A stretch of 64,000 nucleotides of DNA from an uncultured Gallionellaceae bacterium (GCA_903847155.1 CAINCU010000035.1:2008-66007); one strand, 5' to 3'. Shown: positions 1 through 8,258, numbered from the stretch's first letter. The notes: generated by a model from the letters alone, not told the origin. Numbers and translations: made by a program.

Positions 1-186
1 GCGTTGCAACTGGTGCGCAACGAATATGGCAGGAGAGTATTTCGTCGCACCTATCGTTTCGAGTTCAGCGAGACCGGCAACACGCGCCTCGAAGGCCGGG
101 TGATTTTGCTCGGGCACAAGATCGACTCGGTGACGATGGATCCGTATTTGCTGTTCCAGCAGCATGAACCGCTGGACCATAATTGA
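1..186 (+). CDS. C-terminal fragment of a hypothetical protein; the CDS enters from upstream of the window
   Basis: The frame is open from base 1 to the stop at 184-186. No family was recognised from the 60 residues. Confidence 0.35.
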   Translation, partial: ALQLVRNEYGRRVFRRTYRFEFSETGNTRLEGRVILLGHKIDSVTMDPYLLFQQHEPLDHN

Positions 187-260
187 ATTGTTTGCCACCG
201 CGAACCATTACCTGCCCCGCAAGCCCCGTCATTAGGCGTTCTACAAGGATGCTGCGCAGG

Positions 261-482
261 TCAGGCGATAAAGCGCTGCACTGCCGGTGCATCGAAAGGC
301 CAGCCAAGTTCTGCGCCACTATCTTCGCGCCACAGCACCGGAATGCGTGTGCCGTATCTTTCCAGCAGGCCATCGTCTTCGGTGATGTCGATGTGTTCGG
401 CGCTAACGCCGATTGCCAGAAGCACGGCCTGCGCCTGTTCGCACAGGTGGCAGAACTCTGTTCCATACAAATTCAATTTCAT
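261..482 (-). CDS. Glutaredoxin-like protein (DUF836/thioredoxin fold)
   Basis: The 73-aa product MKLNLYGTEFCHLCEQA... has a CxxC motif (CHLC) near the N-terminus and a C-terminal RIPVL motif typical of small glutaredoxin-family proteins. The internal Met at 482 was chosen over the longer ORF start at 545, which overlaps the upstream gene. Confidence 0.7.
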   Translation of the reverse strand: MKLNLYGTEFCHLCEQAQAVLLAIGVSAEHIDITEDDGLLERYGTRIPVLWREDSGAELGWPFDAPAVQRFIA

Positions 483-541
483 CTTGAGTCGTTCCGAATT
501 TTGGAATGGGTGGGCGCAAAAACGCGCCCACCCTGCATTGC

Positions 542-1609
542 TCAATAGTCGGTGTAGCCCTTTTCGCCCGGCGTGTAGAACGTGGCGGGGTCCGGTGCAT
601 TCAGTGCCGTACCATTTTTTAGTTTCTGCACCAGATCCGGGTTGGAGATGAACGGTCTGCCGAATGCCACGAGGTCGCCGCGTTGTGCATCCAAATCGGC
701 GTTGGCGCGCGCCGCATCGTAGCCGCCGGAGAGGATGTATTTGCCTTTGAAGTTGGCGCGTATCTTGGCTTTCAATTCCGCACTGACCGGTGGCGCACCC
801 ATCGAGCTGTGATCAACGACGTGGATATATACCAAGCCGATGTTGTTCAGCTCTTCAATCAGTCGCAGATATAGTGCATCCGTCGTGGCATCGGCTGCGG
901 CGCCGTTGAACGCGCCATAAGGCGAGATGCGCATGCCGATGCGTTCTGCGCCGATAGCAACGGCTGCAGCCTTGGCGACTTCGACGGCGAAACGCACCCG
1001 ATTCTCCACGCTGCCGCCCCATTTATCGGTGCGCTGATTGGTGGCGGTGTTGAGGAACTGGTCGATCATGTAGCCGTTCGCACCATGCAGTTCGACGCCG
1101 TCGAATCCGGCTTCGATGGCGCGCTTGGAAGCATTAGCGTATTCGGCAATGGTAGCCGCGATGTCGGCTTCGCTCATCGCTTCAGGTTCAGGATGAGGCT
1201 GCATGCCGTTGCTGTCCGTCCACATATCGCCCGTGAGCGCCACTGCGGAAGGTGCAATTATTTTCGCATCGGCTGCCATGTTGGCCGGGTGGCTGACGCG
1301 CCCGGTGTGCATCAGTTGCACGAATATCTTGCCGCCCGCCGCATGCACGCCGTCGTTCACGCGCTTCCAACCTTGCACTTGCGTATCGGAAAACATGCCG
1401 GGAATGCGCGCATAGCCAAGGCCGTTGGGAGAAGGCGAAGTGCCTTCGGTAATGATGAGTCCGGCATCGGCACGCGACTTGTAATACTTTTCCATCAAGT
1501 CGTTCGGCACGTTGCCGATGGCACGCGAGCGTGTCATCGGCGCCATGACGATGCGATTCTTCAATTGCAGTTTGCCAAGGGTGACTGGGGTAAACAGTGC
1601 TTGAGACAT
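542..1609 (-). CDS. NADH:flavin oxidoreductase / alkene (N-ethylmaleimide) reductase, Old Yellow Enzyme family
   Basis: The 355-aa product is collinear with NemA-type OYE proteins (MAPMTRSR, GFDGVELHGANGYMIDQFL, RTDKWGGSVENRVRF, C-terminal GYTDY). Confidence 0.9.
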   Translation of the reverse strand: MSQALFTPVTLGKLQLKNRIVMAPMTRSRAIGNVPNDLMEKYYKSRADAGLIITEGTSPSPNGLGYARIPGMFSDTQVQGWKRVNDGVHAAGGKIFVQLMHTGRVSHPANMAADAKIIAPSAVALTGDMWTDSNGMQPHPEPEAMSEADIAATIAEYANASKRAIEAGFDGVELHGANGYMIDQFLNTATNQRTDKWGGSVENRVRFAVEVAKAAAVAIGAERIGMRISPYGAFNGAAADATTDALYLRLIEELNNIGLVYIHVVDHSSMGAPPVSAELKAKIRANFKGKYILSGGYDAARANADLDAQRGDLVAFGRPFISNPDLVQKLKNGTALNAPDPATFYTPGEKGYTDY

Positions 1610-1631
1610 ATCGTGCTCCTTTTAATTTTAG

Positions 1632-1667
1632 ATTGTGCAGGAGCGAGCACGCTCGCTCCTGCACAAT
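1632..1667. repeat. Perfect 17-bp inverted repeat with a 2-nt spacer, between yceI and the OYE reductase
   Basis: attgtgcaggagcgagc-ac-gctcgctcctgcacaat. No U-run follows on the transcribed (minus) strand, so this is a stem-loop, REP or operator candidate rather than a canonical terminator. Confidence 0.5.
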
Positions 1668-1685
1668 GCAGCGTTGAATTTTAAA

Positions 1686-2252
1686 TTACTGCTTCAACGA
1701 TTCCACCGGGATCGTCAGCGTCACGCTATCGCTCACATAAGGCACATATTTGCCCATGTTGAAATCGGAGCGTTTGACCACAGCAATGGCGTTGGCACCG
1801 CAGGCATCTTTTTTCATCATCGGATGCGGCATGCACAACATGGAGGTCACCACCAACACCACCGGTTTGGTGATGCCCTTGATGGTCAGGTTGCCGTCCA
1901 CTTCCACCACCTTATCGCCGTCGTATTTCATCTTGTCAGATTTGAATGTGATGGTGGGATATTTTGCGGTGTCGAAGAAATCTTCTCCCTGAATGTGCTC
2001 GTTGAATAGGGCGAAACCGGTATCGACCGACTTCGCGTCGATCACCACGTCCGCCGAGCCGGTCTTGGCTTCACGGTCTATGGTGATGGTGCCGCTGGTC
2101 GTGTCAAAACGGCTGAGTTGGGTGGAGTAGCCAAAGTGGCTGTACTCAAAACGCGGTTTGGTATGGTTGGTGTCGATCACGTAAGTCTCGGGTGCCGCAA
2201 AAGCGGCTGAAGACAGGGTGAATGCAAATAGCAGAGCGATGGTTTTTTTCAT
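1686..2252 (-). CDS. YceI family periplasmic polyisoprenoid-binding protein
   Basis: Signal peptide MKKTIALLFAFTLSSAAFA, YceI-like motifs (HTKPRFEYSHFGYS, LTIKGITKPV) and GGAGAA upstream of the Met at 2252. Confidence 0.85.
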   Translation of the reverse strand: MKKTIALLFAFTLSSAAFAAPETYVIDTNHTKPRFEYSHFGYSTQLSRFDTTSGTITIDREAKTGSADVVIDAKSVDTGFALFNEHIQGEDFFDTAKYPTITFKSDKMKYDGDKVVEVDGNLTIKGITKPVVLVVTSMLCMPHPMMKKDACGANAIAVVKRSDFNMGKYVPYVSDSVTLTIPVESLKQ

Positions 2253-2284
2253 GGTGTTCTCCTTGTTGGTGGTTGTATGTGATG

Positions 2285-2863
2285 CTATTTTCTGGCGGGT
2301 GTTGCTTTCACGACGAGGTGAAATTTGATTTGGATCTCGTTGGCCACGGTGCCGACATCGGCCCATTCGCCTTCACCGATGGCGTAATCGAGACGCTTGA
2401 TGGTGAACGTGCCGTCGAACTGTCCGCGATCTCCAACCGACTGAAAGGTGAGCGGCGCTTTCACATCAAGGCTTCTGCCTTTGATGCTCAACTTGCCAGT
2501 GGCTTCATAGCGGTTGCCACCCAAGGCCTTGATGCCGCTGGCAATGAAACTGGCGGTGGGAAAAGTCTTGGTGTTAAACCACTGTTTGCCCAACACTTCT
2601 TCATTGGCTTCGGCTGAGCCGGTGTCGATGCTGCTCACGTCTATGTCGATACGCGCTTGCGCATTGGCGAGTCTGGTCGGATCGAACGAGATTTGTGCCG
2701 CGAACTTGTTGAACTTGCCGTCCATAGCCACGCCCATTTGCGCGTAGCCGAACGCCACATTGCTTTCGTTAGTCTGCATTTGCTTGAATTCGAGCGCATA
2801 GACTTGGCTGCTTAGCAGTAGGAGGAAGGCGGCGCCGGTTAGCTGCTTTATCGTGTTGCTCAT
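2285..2863 (-). CDS. YceI family protein (second, diverged paralogue)
   Basis: Signal peptide MSNTIKQLTGAAFLLLLSSQVYA and YceI-like core (LSIKGRSLDVKAPLTF, IKRLDYAIGEGEWAD). Confidence 0.85.
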   Translation of the reverse strand: MSNTIKQLTGAAFLLLLSSQVYALEFKQMQTNESNVAFGYAQMGVAMDGKFNKFAAQISFDPTRLANAQARIDIDVSSIDTGSAEANEEVLGKQWFNTKTFPTASFIASGIKALGGNRYEATGKLSIKGRSLDVKAPLTFQSVGDRGQFDGTFTIKRLDYAIGEGEWADVGTVANEIQIKFHLVVKATPARK

Positions 2864-2897
2864 TGTTTGTTCTCCGTTTGGCTTGCTCCGGTTCGCT

Positions 2898-3764
2898 TTA
2901 GGCAAAATGCCCGTTGCGGAAATCATCCAGTGCCAGATGAATCTCTTCCTGCGTGTTCATCACGAACGGCCCGTATTGCACGATGGGTTCGTTTAGCGGT
3001 TTGCCCGCGACCAAGATCAGCCGCGCATCTTCGCTAGCGCTTAGCGTCAGTCCATCGGCTCCTGGTGTGTTGCTCAGGATACCCATGCGCTGCGCTTCCA
3101 CCGGCATATCGCCGACCTGCACTGCGCCGCGATACACGTAGATGAAAGCGTTGTGCGTTTGCGGAATCGCAGTTGAAAAAATTGCACCCGCAGGCAGGTG
3201 AATATCGAGGTACAGCGGCTCGGTGGTTTCGCGCGTCATCGCGCCTGCCACACCGTTGCTGCTGCCCGCGATCACGCGCACAGTGACGTTTCCCGCCGTC
3301 GTATATTCGGGAATTTTTTCGCTGGAAAAATCCTTGTACCAAGGTTTGTCCATTTTATTTTTCGCGGGCAGGTTGAGCCACAGCTGGAAACCTTCCATCA
3401 CACCTTCTTCCTGCTCGGGAATTTCGGAATGAACTGCGCCGCTACCGGCAACCATCCATTGCATGCCGCCGTTTTGCAGCAGACCCTCGTGACCTGCGCT
3501 GTCGCGGTGGCGCATGCGCCCAGCCAGCATGTAGGTGATGGTTTCAAAGCCGCGGTGCGGGTGATCGGGGAAACCGGCGATGTAATCGTCCGGGTCGTCG
3601 CTGCCGAAAGCGTCCAGCATCAGGAATGGATCGAGGCGGCGTTGCAGCTTGCCGGTGAGTACGCGCGTAAGACTCACGCCCGCGCCATCCGAGGTGGCGA
3701 CGCCTTGGACGATGCGCTCGATATTGCGCGATTGATGCAATGTAGTTTGAGTGGCGGTTTTCAC
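2898..3764 (-). CDS. Pirin family protein (bicupin, quercetinase-like)
   Basis: 288 aa with the pirin signature FPDHPHRGFETITYML...GMQWMVAGSGAVHSE. Confidence 0.9.
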   Translation of the reverse strand: MKTATQTTLHQSRNIERIVQGVATSDGAGVSLTRVLTGKLQRRLDPFLMLDAFGSDDPDDYIAGFPDHPHRGFETITYMLAGRMRHRDSAGHEGLLQNGGMQWMVAGSGAVHSEIPEQEEGVMEGFQLWLNLPAKNKMDKPWYKDFSSEKIPEYTTAGNVTVRVIAGSSNGVAGAMTRETTEPLYLDIHLPAGAIFSTAIPQTHNAFIYVYRGAVQVGDMPVEAQRMGILSNTPGADGLTLSASEDARLILVAGKPLNEPIVQYGPFVMNTQEEIHLALDDFRNGHFA

Positions 3765-3854
3765 GGCCGGCTCCTTAGTTGACTAAAGTTCTAGCATATT
3801 AGCCATCTCGATTTGATAGATAAAGCCGGTAATTCGAGATAGACTATCCCGCAA

Positions 3855-4760
3855 ATGGAACAAAAGAATATCTCTGCCGATGACATGATCCTGTTCGCCA
3901 CCATCGCCGAACAGGGCAGTCTGGTGCGCGCCGCCGAGTTGCTGGGCATGCCCAAAGCCACCGTGTCGCGCCGCTTGAACAATCTGGAAGAGTTGCTGGA
4001 ACAGCGCCTGCTGATTCGCACCACGCGCCGTTTGACGATCACCGATTTCGGCCAGGAATTTCTCGATCACAGTCGACGCGTGGCGGAAGAAGTCGCCGCC
4101 GTACAGGATTTTGTGCGCAGCCAGGACGTACAACCGCACGGACGTTTACGCATCACGATGGCGGACGATTACGCCAGACAACGCATGTCGCGCGCCATCG
4201 CCACTTTCATCGAGGCTTATCCCGAAATACAGATTGACCTCGACCTGTCTTCGCGCCGAGTCGATCTGATCGGTGAACGCTTCGATCTGGCTATCCGCAT
4301 GGGCGAACTGGATAACGATGCCACGCTGGTGGCGCGCAAGATCGACGAACAAACTTTCAGCCTGTACGCCAGCCCCATCTACCTTGGGCTGCATCCGGCA
4401 CCGCAGCATCCCGACGACTTGATGCAGCATGTCGCGGTGCGCCTGTTATCCACCAACGGCACGGCAGTGCCGTGGAAACTCACGCGCGGCAAAGAGGTCT
4501 GGGAGAACGTGCCGCCCGGCAGACTCACCATGAATTCGCCCAACGTCATCCAGCAATTGCTGCTGGACGGCGCCGGCATCGGCGCCTTGCCGGACAACTT
4601 CGCAGCGGAAGACCTGCGCCGCAAACGCCTGCTGCGCGTGCTGCCCGACTGGTCCTTCCCCGTCATCCCCGCGTGGGCGGTAACCCCCATGCGCCGCTAC
4701 CTGCCCGCCAAGACGCGCGCGTTTCTGGATCATATCGAGCGGTTTCTGGCGAAGGGCTAA
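3855..4760 (+). CDS. LysR family transcriptional regulator, divergent from pirin
   Basis: N-terminal HTH (FATIAEQGSLVRAAELLGMPKATVSRRLNNLEE) plus a LysR substrate-binding domain. The 90-bp divergent intergenic region is shared with pirin. Confidence 0.9.
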   Translation: MEQKNISADDMILFATIAEQGSLVRAAELLGMPKATVSRRLNNLEELLEQRLLIRTTRRLTITDFGQEFLDHSRRVAEEVAAVQDFVRSQDVQPHGRLRITMADDYARQRMSRAIATFIEAYPEIQIDLDLSSRRVDLIGERFDLAIRMGELDNDATLVARKIDEQTFSLYASPIYLGLHPAPQHPDDLMQHVAVRLLSTNGTAVPWKLTRGKEVWENVPPGRLTMNSPNVIQQLLLDGAGIGALPDNFAAEDLRRKRLLRVLPDWSFPVIPAWAVTPMRRYLPAKTRAFLDHIERFLAKG

Positions 4761-4796
4761 ACTTCCCTGCACAGCGTTTTTCAACAGATAACCTCA

Positions 4797-4920
4797 TGGA
4801 ATACCCGCAAGGGGTAGGCCGTGGTTGTAAAGCCGACATGTCGGCAACAACTACACACGCCCGTCAATTGGCTATCTACGCTATATACTTGGCGTAGACC
4901 GCCTATTGACGGGCATCTTC
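4797..4920. repeat. Compound REP-like element: a ~62-nt hairpin module plus two inverted core arms
   Basis: Segment 4797-4858 is near-identical, in reverse complement, to 10497-10560. It contains the palindrome gccgacatgtcggc. Arms 4859-4881 (gcccgtcaattggctatctacgc) and 4891-4914 (gcgtagaccgcctattgacgggc) form a hairpin. Confidence 0.8.
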
Positions 4921-5288
4921 ACGAGGGCGATATTTGATAACGGCTTGCGGGGAATCACGCCTCAATCACTACGTGCGGATCAAGATTCGCGACGCTACGA
5001 TTCTAGACCTCACTCCGCGCTTTACTGTTAGAGGGGAGGAACGTGAACGGCGGAAATTAACCCGAAGCCGCCATAGACATACGCGCATTCATTGCTCGAA
5101 AGCGCCCGTTGGTGAAGTACTGAGTCCGTCAAGGTTCCGCGAAGCGGAAGGTCTACTCCTGCCGTGACCGGAACATCTGTTTTGTAGTGAGGCAGCAAAA
5201 GAAAAATACGTCCGAGTTAACTGCACTGTTTATGTTTTTTTACTCAAGATATTTTGCAACGCAAAATAGCTGACGGTACTTGACACAA

Positions 5289-5678
5289 TTAGCGATTAAC
5301 TGATGACGTACACAGTTCTATAGCGCCACCGCGAGTTAGACCAAGCCCTCCGTTGGATGGATGCTCCCAAGCTTTCTCAAAACATTTGGTGACCTTAACT
5401 GCGTTACTTGCGCTATTACATAGTTTGACAGCCTGGCCTTGATTTAGACCAAGTCCACCGTTGGATGGATGTTCCCAAGCTTTCTCAAAACATTTGATGA
5501 CCTCAACTGCATTACTTGCACCATTACATAGTTTTATAGCTTGTCCTCGATTTAGACCAAGTCCACCATTCTCGGGATGCTCCCATGCTTTTTCAAAACA
5601 TTTAGTGACTTCGTCAGCGAACACCGCTTGGCCATAAACAAATAGTGTGATTGGTATGATCAATAGGAAATGTTTCAT
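5289..5678 (-). CDS. Secreted hypothetical protein made of three tandem 36-aa Cys-containing repeats
   Basis: Signal peptide MKHFLLIIPITLFVYGQAVFA, then 3 copies of (V)xKCFEKAWEHPxNGGLGLxxGxAxxLCxxxSNAV. The local sequence is AT-richer. Start chosen at the Met preceding the signal peptide. Confidence 0.6.
   Translation of the reverse strand: MKHFLLIIPITLFVYGQAVFADEVTKCFEKAWEHPENGGLGLNRGQAIKLCNGASNAVEVIKCFEKAWEHPSNGGLGLNQGQAVKLCNSASNAVKVTKCFEKAWEHPSNGGLGLTRGGAIELCTSSVNR
5292..5612. repeat. Coding tandem repeat, about 108 bp x 3
   Basis: There is near-identity at nucleotide level between successive units, e.g. ccgttggatggatg(c/t)tcccaagctttctcaaaacattt. Confidence 0.8.
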
Positions 5679-6024
5679 TTTACGTTTTCTTCCGTTTGCC
5701 ACATATTTGCGTCTATCCACCTGACAAATATACCGCCCGATAAGAAACATTAGAACAAAATAATTTTCGATGCTCCAAAGCGGACGGAGTTGATCGGCAG
5801 AAGTTAAACAACTCCGATCATAGCCCTTAACGAATTCGTTGCCGCATAAAAGCCATTCGCGAACTCACACATTCGACCCATTGCAGCCGGAACTATCGAA
5901 ATCAGCGCCGTTTAGCGGATGCTCACAGACATCTCATTAAGCGCTAACGGCGCGCCCCTTCATGGAACGGCTCGTTGTCATACTGGTCGTCTTTTCTGGA
6001 TACGGTTTGCTTGCCGTATTCGAT

Positions 6025-6741
6025 CTACGGAATTGGCTTCTGGTAAGTACCCGTCATGCTGTTTATGTATTCCAAAGCTGCACGGTTCCTCGGGATTTCT
6101 GGAAAGGTCAAGAAAAGGAGACGCACGAGCTCCTCCTTGCTTCCCGCTGCAGATATGAACCGATCAGCAAAATGATCCGCCATTTCAAACAACTCATACT
6201 TCTTCGCAAAATGTCTTGCGACCTCAACCTGAGGCGAGTTAGGTAGGACATGTTTCAGAAATGTCCAGTGGAGACAGACCGCAAGAGGCCGCTCGCCCTC
6301 CGGCACATCGGGAAGCCCCAAACAGACATCCCGCATCACTACCTCCCAATGTTCGCGGCGCTCTGGATGAAATTGAAGTTCCACAGGAACGATAACTACG
6401 TGCTCGATGGCATTATCGAGGCCAACCAGCACATTGGAAAAGCCTTTATCCAATTCTTCGTTATCGGCTAAAGCCAGCTTTGGAACTCCATCGACATGAA
6501 ACCGCCGCACGTGTAGCACTTCATGTCTAACCGCCCCATCGGGAAAGTATCCATTGGTCGGTGCAAAGAGATGAATGCTTTGGGCTTTGATGTTGACTGC
6601 GAGTTTGCCCTGACCAGTAGTTCCGCCTTCATTCTGGTTGGGGTCGAAAATCACCTTGATGTCAACACCCGCGCCTTCCTCCACTTCAAGGATGAACTGT
6701 TGGACTGGCTCACTAAGACGGGCAAGATACTCGGGTTGCAT
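6025..6741 (-). CDS. Hypothetical protein with an HExxH motif (possible zinc metallopeptidase), no signal peptide
   Basis: 238-aa ORF containing GAVRHEVLHVRRFH. No family was recognised. It is a stand-alone gene with long non-coding flanks. Confidence 0.55.
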   Translation of the reverse strand: MQPEYLARLSEPVQQFILEVEEGAGVDIKVIFDPNQNEGGTTGQGKLAVNIKAQSIHLFAPTNGYFPDGAVRHEVLHVRRFHVDGVPKLALADNEELDKGFSNVLVGLDNAIEHVVIVPVELQFHPERREHWEVVMRDVCLGLPDVPEGERPLAVCLHWTFLKHVLPNSPQVEVARHFAKKYELFEMADHFADRFISAAGSKEELVRLLFLTFPEIPRNRAALEYINSMTGTYQKPIP

Positions 6742-6814
6742 ATGCCGATGATGCTTGATATTTGACAGATAGATACTACATTAAGGCTACCCTAACCGGT
6801 TAGGGGCGACTGTC

Positions 6815-7053
6815 GTTTCTGGCCGATTCTGTTGAAAAACTCTTTTTTCGCACCTCTCGGAAATTTTGCGAATTGCAGCAGCGTCTGTGAATCGCACTTG
6901 CTTGTCCATAGTGATGTAGCTTATTGGCTTATGGTTGAGTTTAAGTGTGGCAAGGGTACCCACCCGCGTCGAAAATATTTGAAGTTCCCTATGAGGCTAG
7001 AATTTTTTTAAGGTGCCCCAAAAAAAGAGTTTTTCAACAGAATCGGCCGAAAC
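6815..7053. mobile_element. MITE-like element of ~239 bp with ~40-bp terminal inverted repeats and no ORF
   Basis: The left arm at 6815-6854 (gtttctggccgattctgttgaaaaactcttttttcgcacc) is the reverse complement of the right arm at 7012-7053 (ggtgccccaaaaaaagagtttttcaacagaatcggccgaaac). A 28-nt core matches perfectly. Confidence 0.45.
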
Positions 7054-7121
7054 CGGTCTGCTGCGATTATTGGGCAAGCGCCTAATTTTGCCAAATGCTA
7101 AATTCTATAATCCAACTGCCT

Positions 7122-7151
7122 GAAGATGCCCGTCAATAGGCGATCTACGCC
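7122..7151 (+). repeat. REP-like core copy
   Basis: gaagatgcccgtcaataggcgatctacgcc, belonging to the same family as 4859, 10475, 23442, 30771, 41191 and 55455. Confidence 0.75.
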
Positions 7152-7292
7152 ACTAAACTTATGAAGATGTCCGTATTTGCTGGCTTGCGGGCAAGGTTAC
7201 TTTTGCGATTCAACTTTTGTTCCCTTCGTGCAGCCGGATATTTTGTTAACATCCTGCACATTCCAAATCGAACGCGCTCCTGCTCTGCTCAA

Positions 7293-8258
7293 ATGAAATT
7301 CCATCCCGTTCTACGTTTTTTTGCCATCATTTTGCTATTACTTAACAGCATTGCTTTCGCCGAAAACGCGGCCACTTTGGAGCGAATGGCGAACGATGCG
7401 TTCGACCGGATGAACCTGCGTCGCACACAGATCGGCTTGTCGCCATTAAAGCGCAGTGCGATTCTGGATCGTTCGGCCACTGCACACGCCCGCTACATCA
7501 CGCACAATCATTCTCTGGGCAGCGAGGGGCATAACGAAAATTCCAAGCGCCCCGGCTTCACCGGCATCACGCCGACGCAACGCATGGTGGCGGCTGGCTA
7601 TTCCGGCAACAGCACGTCGGAGAATATCGCACTGACCAGCTATCCTGAAGGTTCGTTAAGCACGGATGATTTGATCGACGCGCCGTATCACCGGCAGTCG
7701 CAATTCGGTGCGTACCTCGAAGCGGGCGTGGCGATGAGCGCACAACCCGCACCGTCGAATTCGGTGAATGCGGAGCAGTATATTTACGTCATCAACTTCG
7801 GCGCAAACACCTCTCCCCGGGGCAAGAACCAGAGAACGCAGCCTTTCGTCTATCCGGCGGATGGGCAGCAGGATGTCCCCGCCGATTGGATCGCCAACGA
7901 ATCACCCAACCCGGTGCCGGATATGATCGGTCAGCGCGTCGGCTACCCGATCAGTTTTTCCGCCGACCCCAGCGACTCGCTCATCATCAATTCATTCAAT
8001 CTGCGTGACGCGAACGATTCTAGGATTGCAGGACGCTTAATCACCACGGACACCCAGAATGGCAAGCCGCTGGACGATTACGCTTTCTGGATTCCGCTCC
8101 TTCCGTTGGCGTACGGCACGAGCTTTCAGGCTCACCTTGAGGGAACATTGAACGGCACTGCCTTCAACAAAGATTGGCACTTCACCACATTTAAATCCAC
8201 CCCGCTGCGATTGATTCCCGCCGCAGCGCAAATCAGGGGAGAGGCCGTTCAACCTTGA
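7293..8258 (+). CDS. Secreted CAP/SCP (YkwD-like) domain protein with an extra C-terminal domain
   Basis: Signal peptide MKFHPVLRFFAIILLLLNSIAFA. The N-terminal half resembles bacterial CAP/SCP domains (LSPLKRSAILDRSATAHARYI...GHNE...ENIA). Start chosen at the Met preceding the signal peptide. Confidence 0.7.
   Translation: MKFHPVLRFFAIILLLLNSIAFAENAATLERMANDAFDRMNLRRTQIGLSPLKRSAILDRSATAHARYITHNHSLGSEGHNENSKRPGFTGITPTQRMVAAGYSGNSTSENIALTSYPEGSLSTDDLIDAPYHRQSQFGAYLEAGVAMSAQPAPSNSVNAEQYIYVINFGANTSPRGKNQRTQPFVYPADGQQDVPADWIANESPNPVPDMIGQRVGYPISFSADPSDSLIINSFNLRDANDSRIAGRLITTDTQNGKPLDDYAFWIPLLPLAYGTSFQAHLEGTLNGTAFNKDWHFTTFKSTPLRLIPAAAQIRGEAVQP

Noticed and set aside
3765-3854. The dyad ATCTCGA-N22-TCGAGAT in the pirin/LysR divergent region, considered as a LysR box
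   Set aside because: The spacing does not fit the classical T-N11-A LysR motif, and a 7-nt dyad can arise by chance. It is too weak to call as a feature.
4934-5167. A 77-aa ORF in the LysR / repeat-protein intergenic region
   Set aside because: It has an Arg-rich composition, no SD and no recognisable fold. The region is treated as non-coding and reported separately as unassigned DNA.
5292-5612. Regular ~108-bp tandem repeats that could be mistaken for an array (CRISPR or satellite)
   Set aside because: There are no spacers. The repeats are contiguous, in-frame and encode a repeat protein with a signal peptide, so this is not a CRISPR array.
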